Below are positions 53,715-53,832 of a stretch of DNA of 53,832 nucleotides, in pieces. Location: assembly GCA_041491545.1 (NCBI GenBank), contig JBGPVE010000001.1:1-53832 (forward strand), given 5' to 3'. The position numbers and the translations under genes are program-made. The notes below the pieces were generated by a model, which ran no database searches, was not told the DNA's origin, and saw nothing but the letters and a program-made list of their open reading frames with translations. Each line of letters begins with the position of its first letter. Position 1 is the stretch's first letter. The stretch is from Gemmatimonadota bacterium (GTDB taxonomy: Bacteria; Gemmatimonadota; Gemmatimonadetes; Gemmatimonadales; GWC2-71-9).

Positions 53715-53832
53715 GGGCGCTCATCAGCGCGGCGCTCGCCACGGCCGCACTCGTGGCCTGCACCAAGGCCCGGCCGGAAACCAAGGGCGCGGATCCCGAT
53801 CAGACCGCGGCCAAAGGAGCCGCGGGACCTCC
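53711..53832 (+). CDS. Lipoprotein, 5' fragment (possibly the RND periplasmic adaptor)
   Basis: GTG in a GTGA overlap with the TolC stop. Lipobox ALVAC-TK. It runs off the window, so the adaptor assignment rests on context only. Confidence 0.45.
   Translation, partial: MRALISAALATAALVACTKARPETKGADPDQTAAKGAAGP

Noticed and set aside
1-53832. Searched for mobile elements, prophage, defence islands, toxin-antitoxin pairs, CRISPR arrays and rRNA/tRNA genes
   Set aside because: There are no transposase, integrase, recombinase or Cas-like translations, no long terminal or inverted repeats, no cloverleaf-like or rRNA-like GC-poor structured segments, and no compositional island larger than a promoter region.

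Overview
High-GC bacterial chromosomal window, roughly two-thirds G+C by eye. It is densely coded on both strands. I found no rRNA, tRNA, CRISPR array, transposase, integrase or phage-like genes. The phylum cannot be determined from sequence alone. Many ORF-track entries are off-frame or antisense artefacts of the GC content, with Arg/Pro/Ala/Gly-rich translations. I re-derived about 50 likely genes and corrected several starts, using the stop of the upstream gene, SD-like motifs and signal peptides. Housekeeping anchors are EF-G (partial), thyX, hbd, thiolase, rnhA, selD, gyrA, hemA and hemH. Other recognisable genes include a GH15 glycosidase, an RND/TolC efflux set, a sigma54 activator, a NarL-type two-component pair, an RR-GAF-GGDEF protein and a Ser/Thr kinase. 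A recurring feature is translational coupling through 4-nt start/stop overlaps (ATGA, GTGA, TTGA), which helps define operons. The strongest candidate for an undescribed system is a tightly coupled minus-strand operon at 7011-10775. It encodes two Ddl-like ATP-grasp ligases, a small GNAT acetyltransferase and a KamA-family lysine 2,3-aminomutase. This suggests synthesis of an acylated beta-lysine-containing peptide or solute. I could not match the four-gene composition to any characterised pathway I know. Four other points stand out. (1) selD is a selenoprotein gene whose in-frame UGA truncates the ORF-track call. (2) A sigma54 regulatory module has a pseudo-receiver activator, a candidate -24/-12 element and a perfect 17-bp palindrome upstream. 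(3) Ferrochelatase is translationally coupled to a histidine kinase/response regulator pair. (4) An operon interleaves thiolase and hbd with an SPFH protein and membrane proteins. Family names are from motif recognition by eye, not database searches.
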